Assembly: GCF_009914755.1 (NCBI RefSeq)
Contig: NC_060925.1
Length of the DNA stretch: 64,000 bases
Direction: 5' to 3' (one strand)
From: the human T2T-CHM13v2.0 reference genome, Homo sapiens
Both the position numbers and the translations under genes were made by a program. Below the pieces are notes generated by a model, which saw only the letters and a program-made list of their open reading frames with translations, did not search any database and had not been told where the DNA came from. Positions within the stretch are counted from its first letter, which is position 1. The number at the start of each line of letters is the position of its first letter. Below, one piece after another: positions 42,360 to 55,305 of this stretch.

Positions 42360-44739
42360 GGAATGGAGTGGAGTGGAGTGGAATGGAGTTGAGTGAAGTG
42401 GAATGAAATGAAATGGAATGGAAAGGAATGGAAAGGTATGGAATTGAATAGAACTGAGTGGAGTGGAGTGCAGTCGAGTAGATGGTAATTGAATGGAATG
42501 GAATGGAATGGACTGGAAAGGAGGGGAGTTGTGTGGCATGGAATGCAGTGGAATGCAATGGAATGGAGTGGAGTGGAGTTGAATGGAGTAGAATGAAATG
42601 GATTGGAGTGGAGAGGAATGGAATGTTGTGGAGTGGTAGGGAATGGAATGAAATGGAATGGAATGGAATTTAGTGGAATGGAGTGGAGTGGAGAGAAGTG
42701 GAATGGTATGGAATGGAATGGAGTGCAGTGGAATGGAATGGAGTGCAGTGGAATAGAATGGAATGGAATGGAGTGGTGTGAAATGGAATGGAGTGCAGTG
42801 GAATGGAATGGAATGGAAAGAAGTGGAGTGGGATTGAATGTAACGGAATGCAGTGGAGGGGAATGGAAAGGAATGGAATAGAATGGAAAGGAATGGAATG
42901 GAGAGGAGGGAAGTGGAGTGGAATGGAATGGAGTGGAATGGAGTGGAATGGAATGGAATGGTACTAAATGGAGTGGAATGGAATGGAGATGACTGGAATG
43001 GAATGGAATGCAATGGAATTGGATGGAGTGGAATGTAGTGGAATAGAGTGGAGTGGAACGGAAAGAATGTAAATTAGTGGAAATGATTGGAAAGGAATGG
43101 AATGGATTGAAATGGAATGGAATGCAATGGTGGGGAGGGGAGTGGAGTCGAATTGAATGGAGTGGAATGTAGTGGATTATTGTGTATTAGAAAGTAATGG
43201 AATGGAATGGAATGGAAAGGACTGGAATAGAATGGAATGGAATGGAATGGAATGGAAAGGACTGGAATAGAATGGAATGGAATGGAATGGAATGGAATGG
43301 ATTGGAATGGAACGGAATGGAATGGAATGGAGTGGGTTGGAGTGGAATGCAATTTAGTGGTGTGAAATAGAATGGAATGGAATGGTGTGGAGGGGAGTGG
43401 AGTGAGATCGAGTGGAATTGAATGGAATGAAGTAGAGTGGAATGGTATGGAATTCAATGGAATCGAATGGAATGGAGCGGTGTGGAATGGAATGGAATGG
43501 AGTGGAGTGGAAAGGAATGGAATGGAATGGAATAGAAACGATTGGAATGGAATGAAGTGGAATGGAGGGGAATGAAGTTGAGTAGAATGGAATGGAATAC
43601 TATTTGATGGAATGGAATGGAATACAACGGAATGGAGTGGAATGGAATGTAAAGGAGGGGAGTCGAGTGGAATGTAATTGAGTGGAATGGCGTGGAATCG
43701 AGTGGAATGGAATGCATTGGAATGGAAATGAGTGGAGTTCAATGGTATGGATTGGAATGGATTGGAGTGGAATAGAATGGAGTTGAGTGGAGTGGAAAGC
43801 AGTGGAGAGGAATGGAGTAGACTGGATTGCAGTGGAATAGAGTCAAGTGGAATGGAGTAGTATAGGACGGAAAGGTGTGTTGTATGAATGGAATTTAATG
43901 GAATGCAAAGGAGTGTTGTGGAATGGAAGGGAGTGGAGTGGAATGGAATGGAATGGAACAGAGTGGAATGGATTGGGGAGGAGGGGTTTGGGGTGGAATG
44001 GAATGCAGTGGAATGCAATGGAATGCACTGGAATGGAATGGAATGGAGTGGAATGGAGTGGAGTTCAGTGGAATGGATTGGAATGGAATGGAATGGAGTG
44101 CAGTGGAATGGAATGGAACAGAATGGAATAGAGTGGAGACGAATGGATTGGAGCGGAGTGGAATGGAATGGAGTGGAATGTAATGGAATTGAATGGAACG
44201 CAATGGAATGGAAAGGAGAGTAGGAAAGAGGAGTGGAATGAAATGGAATGGAATGTTGCGGAGTGAATTGGATTGGAATCGAGTGTAATGGAATTGAAAG
44301 GAAAGGAGTGGAATTGAAAAGAGTGGAAAGGAATGGAATGGAATGGAATGCAGTGGTGTTAAGTGGAAAGGAATTGTTTGGAGTGGAATAGAATGGAAAA
44401 GAATGGAATGGAATGGAGTGGAGTGGAGTGGAGCAGAGTGGAGTGGAGTCGAGTGGAGTGCGGTGGAGTGGAATGAAATTGAATGCAATGGAATTGAATG
44501 CAATGGAATGGAACGGATGGGAGTTTAAAGGAATGTAATGCAATGGATTAGAGAGGAATGGAGTGGAATGTAGTGCACTGGAATTTAATGGAGTGGAAAA
44601 GAATTGAATTGAAGGGAGTTGTGTGGAGTGGAATGGAATGGAATGAAATTGAGTGGAATGGAGTGGACGGGAGTGGAGTGGGGTCGAGCGGATTGTAATT
44701 GAAAGAAATGGAAAGGATTGGAATGGAATGTAGTGGAAT

Positions 44740-45130
44740 GGAGTGGAGTGGAATGGAATGGAATGGAGTGGAGTGGAATACTATTGAAATCAATGGAATG
44801 GAAAGAATGGAATTGAATCAAATGGAGTGGAATGGAGTGGAGATAAATGGACTGAAATGTAGTGTTGTGGAATGGAATGGAATGGAAAGGAATGGAATGG
44901 TATGGAATGGAATGGAGTGGAGTGGAATGGAATGGAGTGGAGTGGAATACTATTGAAATCAATGGAATGGAAAGAATGGAATTGAATCAAATGGAGTGGA
45001 ATGGAGTGGAATGGAATGGAGATAAATGGACTGAAATGTAGTGTTGTGGAATGGAATGGAATGGAATGGAAAGGAACGGAATGGTATGGAATGGAGTGGA
45101 GTGGAGTGGAATGGAATGGAGTGGAGTGGA
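44740..45130 (+). repeat. Recent ~170-180 bp tandem duplication
   Basis: CTATTGAAATCAATGGAATGGAAAGAATGGAATTGAATCAAATGG at 44781 and 44950; GATAAATGGACTGAAATGTAGTGTTGTGG at 44842 and 45021. The second copy has extra pentamers. Confidence 0.92.
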
Positions 45131-48100
45131 ATGGTCTGGAATGGAGTGGAGTGCAATGGAATTCAATGGAATGGAATGAAGTGGAATGGATTGGTGTGGA
45201 AAGGAATAGAGTGGAATGGAGAGAACAGGAATGAAATGGAACGGAGTGTAGTAATGGAATGGATTGGAATGGAATGGAGGGTAGTAGAACGGAGTGGTAT
45301 GGAATGGAATGGAGTGGAGTGGAATGGAATAGAGTGCATGGGAGTGAAATAGATAGGAACGGAATGGAATGGAATGGGATGGAATGGAGTGGAATGGAAT
45401 GGCATGGAGTGGAGGGGAATGGAATGGAATGGAATGGATTGGAATGGAATGGAATGCAGAGGAGGGGATTGGAATGAAATTCAATGGAGTGGAGCTGAAT
45501 GGAATGGAATGGAATGGAGTGAAATGGAATGGAATGGAGTGGAGAGGAAACTAATGGAATGGAGTGGAATGGATTTGAAAGGAATGCAACGGAATGGAGC
45601 AGAATGGAGTGGAGTGAAGTGGAGTGGAATGGAATGGAGTGGAGTGGAATGGATTCAAGTGGAGTAATAAGGAATGGATTGGAATGGAATTGAATGGAAT
45701 CGAATGGAAAGGAATTAAATGGAGTGGAATGGAGTTGAGTGGAGGTGACAAGAGTGGAATCCAATGGAGTGGAATGGAGGGGAATAGATTGGAATGGAAT
45801 GGTAGGGAGTGCAGTGGAATGGAGAGGAATGCAATGGAATTGAATGGAATGCAAAGGAAATGAGGGGAGTGGAATGGAATGGAATGGAGTAGTGTTGATG
45901 GAATGGAGTGGAGTGAAGGGAAATAGAATGGAATGGAATGGGGAAAACGGACTGGAGTGGAGAAGAGTGGAAAGGTACGGATTTCAAGAGAGAGTGTAGT
46001 GGAATGGAACGGATGGGAATGGAATTGAGTGAAATGGAGTGGATTGGAGTGGAATGGAATGGAATGGAATGCAATGGAATGGAATGGAATGCAATGGAAT
46101 GGAATGGAATGGAATGGAATGGAGTGGAATGGAATGGAATGGAATGGAGTGAAATGGAATGGAATGGAATGGAATGGAATGGAATGGAATGGAATCGAAT
46201 GGAATGGAGTGGAATGGAATGGAATGGAATGGAATGCAATGGAATGGAATGGAATGGAATGGAATGGAATGGAGTGGAATGGAATCGAATGGAATGGAGT
46301 GGAATGGAATGGAATGGAATGGAGTGAAATGGAATGGAATGGAATGGAATGGAATGGAATAGAATGGAATGGAATGGAATGGATTGGAGTGGAATGGAAT
46401 GGAATGGAGGGGATTGAAATGGAATGGAATGGAATGGAAAGGAATAGAAAGGAATGGAACGGAATGGAATGAACTGGGGAGGAGGGAATGGAGTGGAATG
46501 GAACAGAGTGGAATGGAGTGGAGAGGAATGTAATGGAAAGGAAATGGACTGGAATGAAATGGAATGTAACGGAAGAGAATTTAAAGGAGTGTAGTGAAGT
46601 GATATGGAATGGATTGGAGTGGAAAGGAAAGGAGAGCAATGTCACCGAATGGAATGGAATGGGTTGGAGTGGAATGGAGTGGAATAGAGTGTTGTGGATT
46701 GGATTGGAATGGAGGGGAGTATAGTGGAATGGAAGGGAATGGAATGGAATGGAATTAAAAGGAATGGAATGGAGAGGAGGAGAGTGGAGTGGAATGGAAT
46801 GGAGTGGAAAGTAGTGTAGTTGAGTGGATTGGAATGGAATTTAGTGGAATGGAATGGAAAGTAGTGGAAAGAAATGGAATGGAATGGAATGAAATGAAAT
46901 GGAATGCAATGGAGTGGACTGGCGTAGAGTGGAATGGAATTGAGGGGAATGGAATATTGTGGAATGGAATGGAATTGAGTGGAGTAGAGTGGAGTGGGAT
47001 TGAGTGGTATGGAATGGAATGGAGTGGAGTGGAATGGAATGGAATTCAAAGGAATGGAATGCAATGGAATGGAATTGAATGGATTGGAGTGGAATGGAAT
47101 GGAATGGAATGGAATGGAATGGAATGGAATGTAAATGATTGCAATAGAATGGAGTGGAATGGAATGCAGTGCAAATCAATGGAATGGAATGGAATGCAGT
47201 GGAAAGCAATGGAATGGAGATTAGGGGAATGGAAAGGAATTTTTTGGAATGGAATGGAATGGAATGGAAAGGAATAGAAAGAATGGAATGGCGTGGAAAG
47301 GAATGTAAAGGAATGGAGTGGAATGGCGTGGAATGGATATGAGTTGAAAGGAATGAAATGGAATGGAGTGGAGTGGAATGGTTTGGAGTGGAATGGAATG
47401 TAGGGCAATGGAATGGAGTTGAGGGCATTGGAATAGAGTGGAGTGGAATGGAGTAGAGTGGAATGGAACGGAATGGAGTGTGGTGGAATGGAATGGAATG
47501 GAGTGGATTGGAATAGAGTGGTATGGAAAGGGTGTGTAGTGGAATGGAATGGAATGGAATGGAATGGAATGGAATGCAATGGAATGGAATGGAATGGGGT
47601 GTAATAGAGTGTAATGAAATGTAATGAAGTAGATTGGATTGGAATGAAATGGAATGGAAAGAGATGGAGAGGAGTGGAATGGAAAGGAATGGAATTTAAT
47701 AAAATGGAAATTAATCGAATGGAATGCAGTGGAATTGAATGGAATGTGATGGAAAGGAAAGGAGTGGAATGGAGTAGAGTGGATTGGGATGGACTGGACT
47801 GGAGTAGAGTGGAATGGAATGAAATGCCGTGGAGTGGATTGGAATGGAGTGGAGTGGAGTGGAATGGATTGGAATGGAATGGAAGGGAATGGAATGGAAT
47901 AGTGAGGAAAAGAGTGGACTGGAATGAAATGGAATGGAATGGAATGGAATGGAGCCGAATGCAATGGATTGGAATGGAATGAAGTGGAATAGAATGGAAT
48001 GGAGTGAAGTGGAATGGAAAGGAAAGAATGCAGAGGAGTGGAATGGAATGGAATGGAATGGAGATAAATGGAATTGAATGGAATGGAATAAAGTGAAATG

Positions 48101-51100
48101 GAGTGGAGTGCAGTAGAATTTCAATGATTTTGAGAAGTGGAATGTAATATAATGGAATGGAATGGAACGGAATGGAATGGAAAGGAATGGAATATAATGG
48201 AACAGAATGGAATGGAATGGAATGGAACAGAGTGGAATGGAATGGAGTGAGATGGAATGGAATGGAATGGAGAGGAGGGGAGTGAAGTGGAATGGAATGG
48301 AGTGGAACGTAGTGGAGTGGATTGGATTGGAATGGAATGTAGTGGAATGGAATGTAAAGGAGGGGAGTGGAGTGGAATGGAATGGAGTAGAAAGGAGTGG
48401 ATTGGATCGGAGTGGAATGTAATGGAATAAAGTGGAGTGGAATTGTATGGAGTTTAACGGACAGAAAGGAATGGAATGGAGCTGAGGGGAGTGGAATGGA
48501 GTGGAATGTAGTGGAGTGGAAAGGAATGGAAGAGAATGGAATGGAATGGAATGCAATGGAGAGGAGTGCAGTGGATTGGAATGGAATGGAGCGGAATCGA
48601 ATGTAACGAAGTGGACTGCAATGGAATGGAATGGAGTGTAATGGAACGTAATGGAATGGAATGGAATGGAATAAAGTGGATTGGAGTGGACTGGAGTGGA
48701 GTGGAATTTAAATGATTTAGAGAAGTAGAATGGAATGGAATGTAATGAAAGGGAATGAAAGGAATGGAGTGGAATGGAGTGGAGTGAGATGGAATGGAAA
48801 GAAATGGAGTGGATGGGAGTGGAGTGGAATGGAATGGAGAGAAATGTAGTGGAGTGGAATGGAATGGAATGGAAAGTAATGGAATGGAATCGAATGGATT
48901 GGAATGGAATGTAAAGGAACGGAATGGAATGGAACGGAATTAAATGGAATAGAATGGAGTGGATTGCAGTGGAATGGAATTGAGTGCATTGGAATGGAAT
49001 GTAATTTAATGGAATGGAATGGAAGGGAATGGATTGCAGTTGAAAGGAATGGAATGGAATGGAGTGGAATGGAATGGAATGGAGTGGAATGGAAAGCAAT
49101 AGAGTGGAGTGGATGGGAATGGGATGGAATGGAATGGAAGAAAATGGAATGGAATGGAATGGAAGAAAATGGAATGGAATGGAATGGAGTGGAAAAGAAT
49201 GTAAAGGAGGGGAGTGGAGTGGAATGGAATGGAGTGGAATGGAGTGGAATGGATTGAAGTAGAATGTAATGGAATAGAGTGAATTTTAATGGTAAGGAGT
49301 TTAAGGGAAATGAGGGGAATGGAATGGAGATGAGTGGATTGGAATGGAGTGGAATGGAGAGGAGTGGAATGGAGTGGAGTGGAATGGAATGTAATGGAAT
49401 ATAGTGGACTGGAATGGAATGGCATGGAATGCAATAGAATGTATTGGATTGGAATGGAGTCGTATGGAATGGAACGAACTGTAGTGGTAAGGAATGGAAT
49501 GGAATGGAATGGAATGGAGAGGATTGGATTGGAATGTATTGGAGAGGAATGGAATGGAATGGAATGGATTGGAATGGAATGGATTGGAATGGAATGGAAT
49601 GGAGTGAAGGGGAATGGAATGGAATGGAAAGGAATGCAATGGAATGGAATGGAGAGGTATGCAATGGAGGGGAGGGGAGTGGAGTGGAATGTAATGGAAT
49701 GGAATGGAGTTTAACGGAATGGAAAGGAATGGAATGGAGTGGAATGGAATGAAATGGAATGGAGAGGAGTGGAATGGAATGGAAAGGATTGGAATGGAAT
49801 GGAAAGGAATGGAATGGATTGGAATGGAATGGAGTGGAGTGGACTGGATTGGAGTGGAGTGGAATGGAATGGGGTGGAGTCAAGTGGAATGGAGTGGAAT
49901 GAAGTGGAATGGAATGGAGTGGAGTGGAATGGAACGGATTGGAATGGAATGCAATGAAATTAAAAGGAGTGGAGAGGATTGGAGGGGATTGTAGTGGAAT
50001 TGAATGAAATGGAATGGAAAGTAGAGGAGTGAAGTGGCATGGAGTGTAACGGAATTGTGTGGAATGTACTGGAGTGGAGTGAATTGGAATGGAATGTAAT
50101 GAAATGGAATGGAAAGGAGTTGAATGGAATAGAATTTAATGAAAGTGAATGGAATGGATGGGGAGGAGTGGAATGGAATTGTGTTTAATAGAAGAGAAAG
50201 GAATGGATTGGAATAGACTAGAGGGGAGTGGAGTGGCGTTGAGTGGATGGCAATGCAATTGATTAAAGTGGAATGGAATGGAGTGGAAAGGATTTGAGCG
50301 GAATGGAATGCAATGGAATGGAGTGAATTGGAATGGAATGGAATGCAATTGAATGGAATGGAGTGTAATGGAATGAAGAGGAGTGGAGTGGAATGGAATG
50401 GAATGGAATGGAGTGGAATGGAATGGAATGGAATGGAGTGGAATGGAATGGAATGAATTGGAAAGCAATGTAATGAAATGGAGTGGAATGGAATGGAGAA
50501 CAGTGGAGTTTAATAGAATGGAATGGAATGGAATGCAAAGGAATGGAATTTATTTTAATGTAAGGGAATGGAATGGAAATGAGGGGATTGGAGTGAAATG
50601 GCACGGAATGGAAAAGACTGGAGTGGAATGGAATGGAATAGAATGGAGTGGAGTGGAATGGAATGGAATTCTATTTGATGGAATAGAATGGAATGGAACG
50701 GAATGGAGTAGAATGGAATGTAAAGGAGGAGAGTGGAATGGAATGGAATCGAGTGGAATGGCGTGGAATGGAGTGGACTGGAATGGAATGGAAAGGAACA
50801 GAGTGGAGTGGAATGCTAAGGAGTGGAATGGATTGGAGTGGAACAGAATGGAGTTGAGTGGAGTGGAAAAGAGTGGGGTGAAATGGAGTAGATTGTAATG
50901 GAATGGAATGGAGTAGAGTACAATGGAGTGGTATGGAATGGAATGGAGTGGACTGGAGTGGATTGCGTTCGAGTGGAATGTAATTCAATGGAATGGAACG
51001 GCATGGAATGGAATGGAAAGGAATAGAAAGGAATGGAATGCAGTGGAGTGGACTGGAGAGGAATGTAATGGAATGGAATGGAAAGGACTGTAATGTAATG

Positions 51101-52599
51101 GAATGGAATGGAGTCGAATGGAATGGAGTGGAAGGGAATGGCACGGAATGCAGTGGAATGGAATGCAGTGTAATGGAATGGACAGGAATGGAAGGGAGTA
51201 GAATTGATTGGAGTGGAGTGGAATGCTATGGTTTGGAGTGGAGTGGAATGGAATGGAATGGAGTGGAATGGAATGTAAAGGAGGGGAGTGGAGTGGAAAG
51301 AATAGAATGGAATGGCATAGAATGGATTGCAGTGCAATGTAATGGAAGGATGGAATGGTATGCAGTGGAATGGAATGTAGTGGATTGGAAAGGCGATGAG
51401 AGGATTTGAGTGGATTGGAGTGGAATGGAGTAGAGTGGAATGGAATGGAATAGACTGCGGTGGAATGGAATGGAATGCAATGGAATGGAATGGAACGGAA
51501 TGGGATGGAATGGATTGCGGAGGAGGGGATTGGGCTGGAATGGAATGGAATGGAGTGACGTTCAGTGGAATGGATTGGAATGGAATAGAGTGGAATGGAA
51601 TGGAATGGACTGGAGTGGAATGGGATGGAGTGGAGAGGAGTGGAATGGAATTCAGTGGAATTGAGGGGAGATGAATGGAATGGAACGGATTGGAGTGGAA
51701 TGGAACGGAATGGAGTCGAGTGGAATGGTGTGGTATGCAATGTGGTGAAATGGAATGGAATGCAGAGGAGGGGAGAGGAGTGGGGACTAGTGGATGGGAG
51801 TGGAATGGAATGGAATGGAATGGAATGGAATGGAAAGGAATGGAATGGAGTGAAATGGATTGGAGTGGAGTGCAATGTAATAGAAAGAAGTGGAGTGGAA
51901 TGGAATGGAATGGAATAAAATGGAATGCAATGGACAATAGGGGAATGGAGTGGAATGTAATAGAGCGGAGTGGAACGGAAGGGAATGGAGTGCAATTGAA
52001 TGTAGAGGAGGGGAGTGGAGTGTAATGGAATGGAGTGGACTGAGTGGAGTGGAATGGAATGGAAAGGGATTGAGTGGAGTGGAATGAAATGGAGTGGATT
52101 GGAATAGATTAGAAAGGAATGGAATGGAGTGGAGTCGACTTTAATGGAATGGAGTGAATTGGAATGGAATGGAATGGAATGGAGGGGAGTGGAGTGAACT
52201 GGGATGGAGTGGAACGGAATGGAGTGGATTGAAGTGCAGTGCAATGGAATGGAATGGAATGGAATTCAATGGAATAGAAAGGAGTGGAAAGGAATTTAAG
52301 GGAATGGAATGGAATGGAATGGAAAGGAATGGAATGGAATGGAGTGGAATAGAGTGGAGTGTGGTGGAGTGGAATGGTTTATTTTAGTGGAATGGAATGG
52401 AATGGAATGGAATGGAAAAGTGGAGTGTAGTGGAATGCAGAGAAGTGGAGGGAAATGAAACGGAATGGAATGCAATGGAATAGAATGGATTGGATTTGCA
52501 TGGAAAGAATGGAATGTAGTGGAATTGTGTGAGCTGGGGTGGAGTGGAGTGGAATGGAATGGAATGGAATGGAATAAAGTGGAGTGGAGTATAGTGCAG

Positions 52600-54800
52600 T
52601 GGAATGGAATGGAGGGGAGTGGAATGGAATGGAGTGGAGGGAAATGGATTGGAGTGCAGTGGAATGGAATGCAATGGAACCGAATGGAATGGAATGGAAA
52701 GGAGAGGAGGAGAGTGGAGTGGAATTTAATGCAGTGGAATGTAGCGGAGTAGAGTAGATTGGAATGGAATGCAGTGGTATAGAAGGGAAAGAAGTGGAAG
52801 GGAATGGAATGGAATTTAATGGAATGAATTGAATTGCAATCTGGTCAGGTGGAGAGTAATGGACTTGAGTGGAGTGGATGAAAATGGAATGGATTGGAAT
52901 GGAGTAGAGTGGTGTGGAATGGAATGGTCTGGAATGGAGTGGAATGGAGTGGAGTGGAATTTAATGGAAAGGAAGAGAGTGGAATGGAATGGAATGGAAT
53001 TGAATGGAGTGCAGTGGAATCTAATGGAATGGTGTGGAATGGAATGGAATGGAATTCAACAGAATGGAGTGGAATGGAGTGGAGTGGACTGAAACGGAAT
53101 GGATTGGAATGTAATGGAATGGAATGGGGAGGAATGGTATGGAATGGAATGGAGTGGAAAGGAGTGGAGTGGAGTGGAGTGGAGTAGAATGGAACGGAGT
53201 GCAGTGGAGTGCAGTGGAGGGCAATGGAATGGAATGGAATGGAGTGGGTGGAGTGGAGTGAAGTGAAATGGAATGGAGTGCAATATAGAGGAGTGGAGTG
53301 GATTGGAATGAAATGCAGTGGAATGTGATGCAAAGTATTGGAATGGAATGGAATGGAATGGTATAGATTGAAATGGAATTGAATGGAACAGAGGGTGGTA
53401 GAGTGGAATGGAATTGTATGGAGGGGAATAGAATGCAACGGAATGGAATGCAGTGGGGGTCGAGTGAAATGGAATGGAATGGAGTGGTATGGAATGGAAA
53501 GGAATTCAATGGAATGGAATGGAAGGGAAGGGAACGGAAGGGAGTGGAGTGGAATGGAATGGAATGGAATTGAGTGGAGTGAAATGGTGTGGAGTGCAGT
53601 GATATGGAATGCAATGAAATTGAATGGAATGGAATGGAAAGGAGAGTAGGGGAGTGGAGTGGAATTTAATGCAGTGCAATGTAACAGAGTGGAGTAGACT
53701 GGAATGGAATGTAGTGGAATGGAACAGAGAGGATTGGAATGGAATGCAATGGAATGGAAATGAATGGAATGAAATGAAATGCAATGGAGTTGGGTGGAGA
53801 TGAATGTATTTGAGTGGAGAGGACGATAATGGAATGGAATGGAGTGGGGTGGAGTGGAGTGGCGTCCAGTGGAATGAAATGGAATGGAGTAGAGTGGAAT
53901 GGAAAGGAATGGAATAGAGTGGAATGGACTGGAGTGGAATTTAATGGAACGGAATGGAGTGGAATGGAATGGAATGGAGTGGAGTGGAACCTACAGGAAT
54001 GGAGTGGAATGGAATGGAATGAAATTCAGTGGGATGGAGTGTAATGGAGTGGAGTGCAGTGGAGTGGAATTGAGTGGAGAGGACTGAAATGGAATGGATT
54101 GGATTGGAATGGAATAGAATGGGGAGGAATGGTATGGAAGGGAATGGAGTGGAATGCAGTGGAATGGAGTGGAGTGGAGTCTAGTCGAATTGAATGCACT
54201 GCAGTGGAGGGGAATGGAATCGAATGGAATGGAGTGGGTGGAGTGGAGTGGAGTGGAATGGAATGGAGTGGAACATAGTGGAGTGGAGTGGATGGAATGG
54301 AATGCAGTGGAACGGGATGGAAAGGATTGGAATGGAATGGAATGGAATGGAATAGAATGAAATGGAATTGAATGGAATAGAGGGGGTAGGAGTGGAATGG
54401 AATTGTGTACAGTGGAATGGAATGGAACGGAGTGCGTTCGAGTGAAATGGAATGAAATGGAGTGGAGTGGAATGGAAAGGATTTCAATGGAATGGAATGG
54501 AAAGGAATGAAATGGAATGGAATGGAATGGAAAGGAATGGAATGGAATGGAAGGGAGTGGATTGAAATGGAGTGCAGAGCATTGGAATGGAATGCAATAG
54601 AATGGAATGGAAAGGAAAGGAGAGGAGGGGAGTGGAGTGTAATTTAATGGAATCTAATATAGCAGAGTCGAGTAGATTGGAATGGAATGAAGTGGAATAG
54701 AACGGAAAGAAGTGGAATGGAATAGAATGAAATTGAATTGCATGGAATGGAATTGAATTGCATGAAATGGAATGCAATGGAGTCGGTTAGAGAGGAATAG
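52600..54800 (+). repeat. Degenerate ~0.94-1.0 kb tandem period (just over two units)
   Basis: GAGTGGAGTGKAATTTAATG..GAGTAGAYTGG at ~52723, ~53663 and ~54641; GGACTGAAA..GGGGAGGAATGGTATGG 53086/54081; GCAGTGGAGGG..GGAGTGGGTGG 53211/54201; TCGAGTGAAATGG ~53460/~54438. Confidence 0.75.
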
Positions 54801-54984
54801 ATATGAGTAGAGTGGAAGAGAATGGAGAGGAATGGAATGGAGTGGAGTGGAGTGTAGTGGAGGGGGATTCAGTGGAATGAAATGGAATGGAGTGGAGTGG
54901 AATTGAATGGAATCGAATGGAATGGAATGTAAAGGAATGTAGTTGAATGGAGAGGAGTGGAATGAAATGGAATGCAGTAGAGGG

Positions 54985-55305
54985 GAATGGAATGGAATTC
55001 CATGCAATGGAATGGAATGGAATGGAATGGAATTCCATGCAATGGAATGGAATTCCATGCAATGGAATGGAATGGAATGGAATTCCATGCAATGGAATGG
55101 AATGGAATGGAATTCCATGCAATGGAATGGAATGGAATTCCATGCAATGGAATGGAATGGAATTCCATGCAATGGAATGGAATGGAATTCCATGCAATGG
55201 AATGGAATGGAATTCCATGCAATGGAATGGAATGGAATTCCATGCAATGGAATGGAATGGAATGGAATGGAATTCCATGCAATGGAATGGAATGGAATGG
55301 AATGG
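54985..55305 (+). repeat. Young mini-array: GGAATTCCATGCAAT plus variable (GGAAT)n, 11 copies
   Basis: AATTCCATGC at 54996, 55031, 55051, 55081, 55111, 55136, 55161, 55186, 55211, 55236 and 55271. Only perfect GGAAT lies between the copies. Confidence 0.95.

Larger units (their letters stand above)
39250..47620 (+). repeat. Old diverged duplication pair: ~39250-40550 versus ~46450-47620 (offset ~7.0-7.15 kb)
   Basis: TTTAAA..GAAGTGATATGG..AGCAATG ~39430/~46580; GGAATATTRTGG 39851/46951; GGAATTCAAAGG 39946/47041; GGAGATTAGRGG..GGAATTTT 40156/47216; AGGGCAATGGAATGGAGTTGA..GCATTGGAATAGAG ~40367/47402. Confidence 0.78.

Noticed and set aside
45940-46000. Less periodic island (GGGAAAACGGACTGG...GGTACGGATTTCAAGAGAGAG) as a foreign insertion
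   Set aside because: It can still be parsed as degenerate pentamers. There is no target-site duplication or recognisable element.
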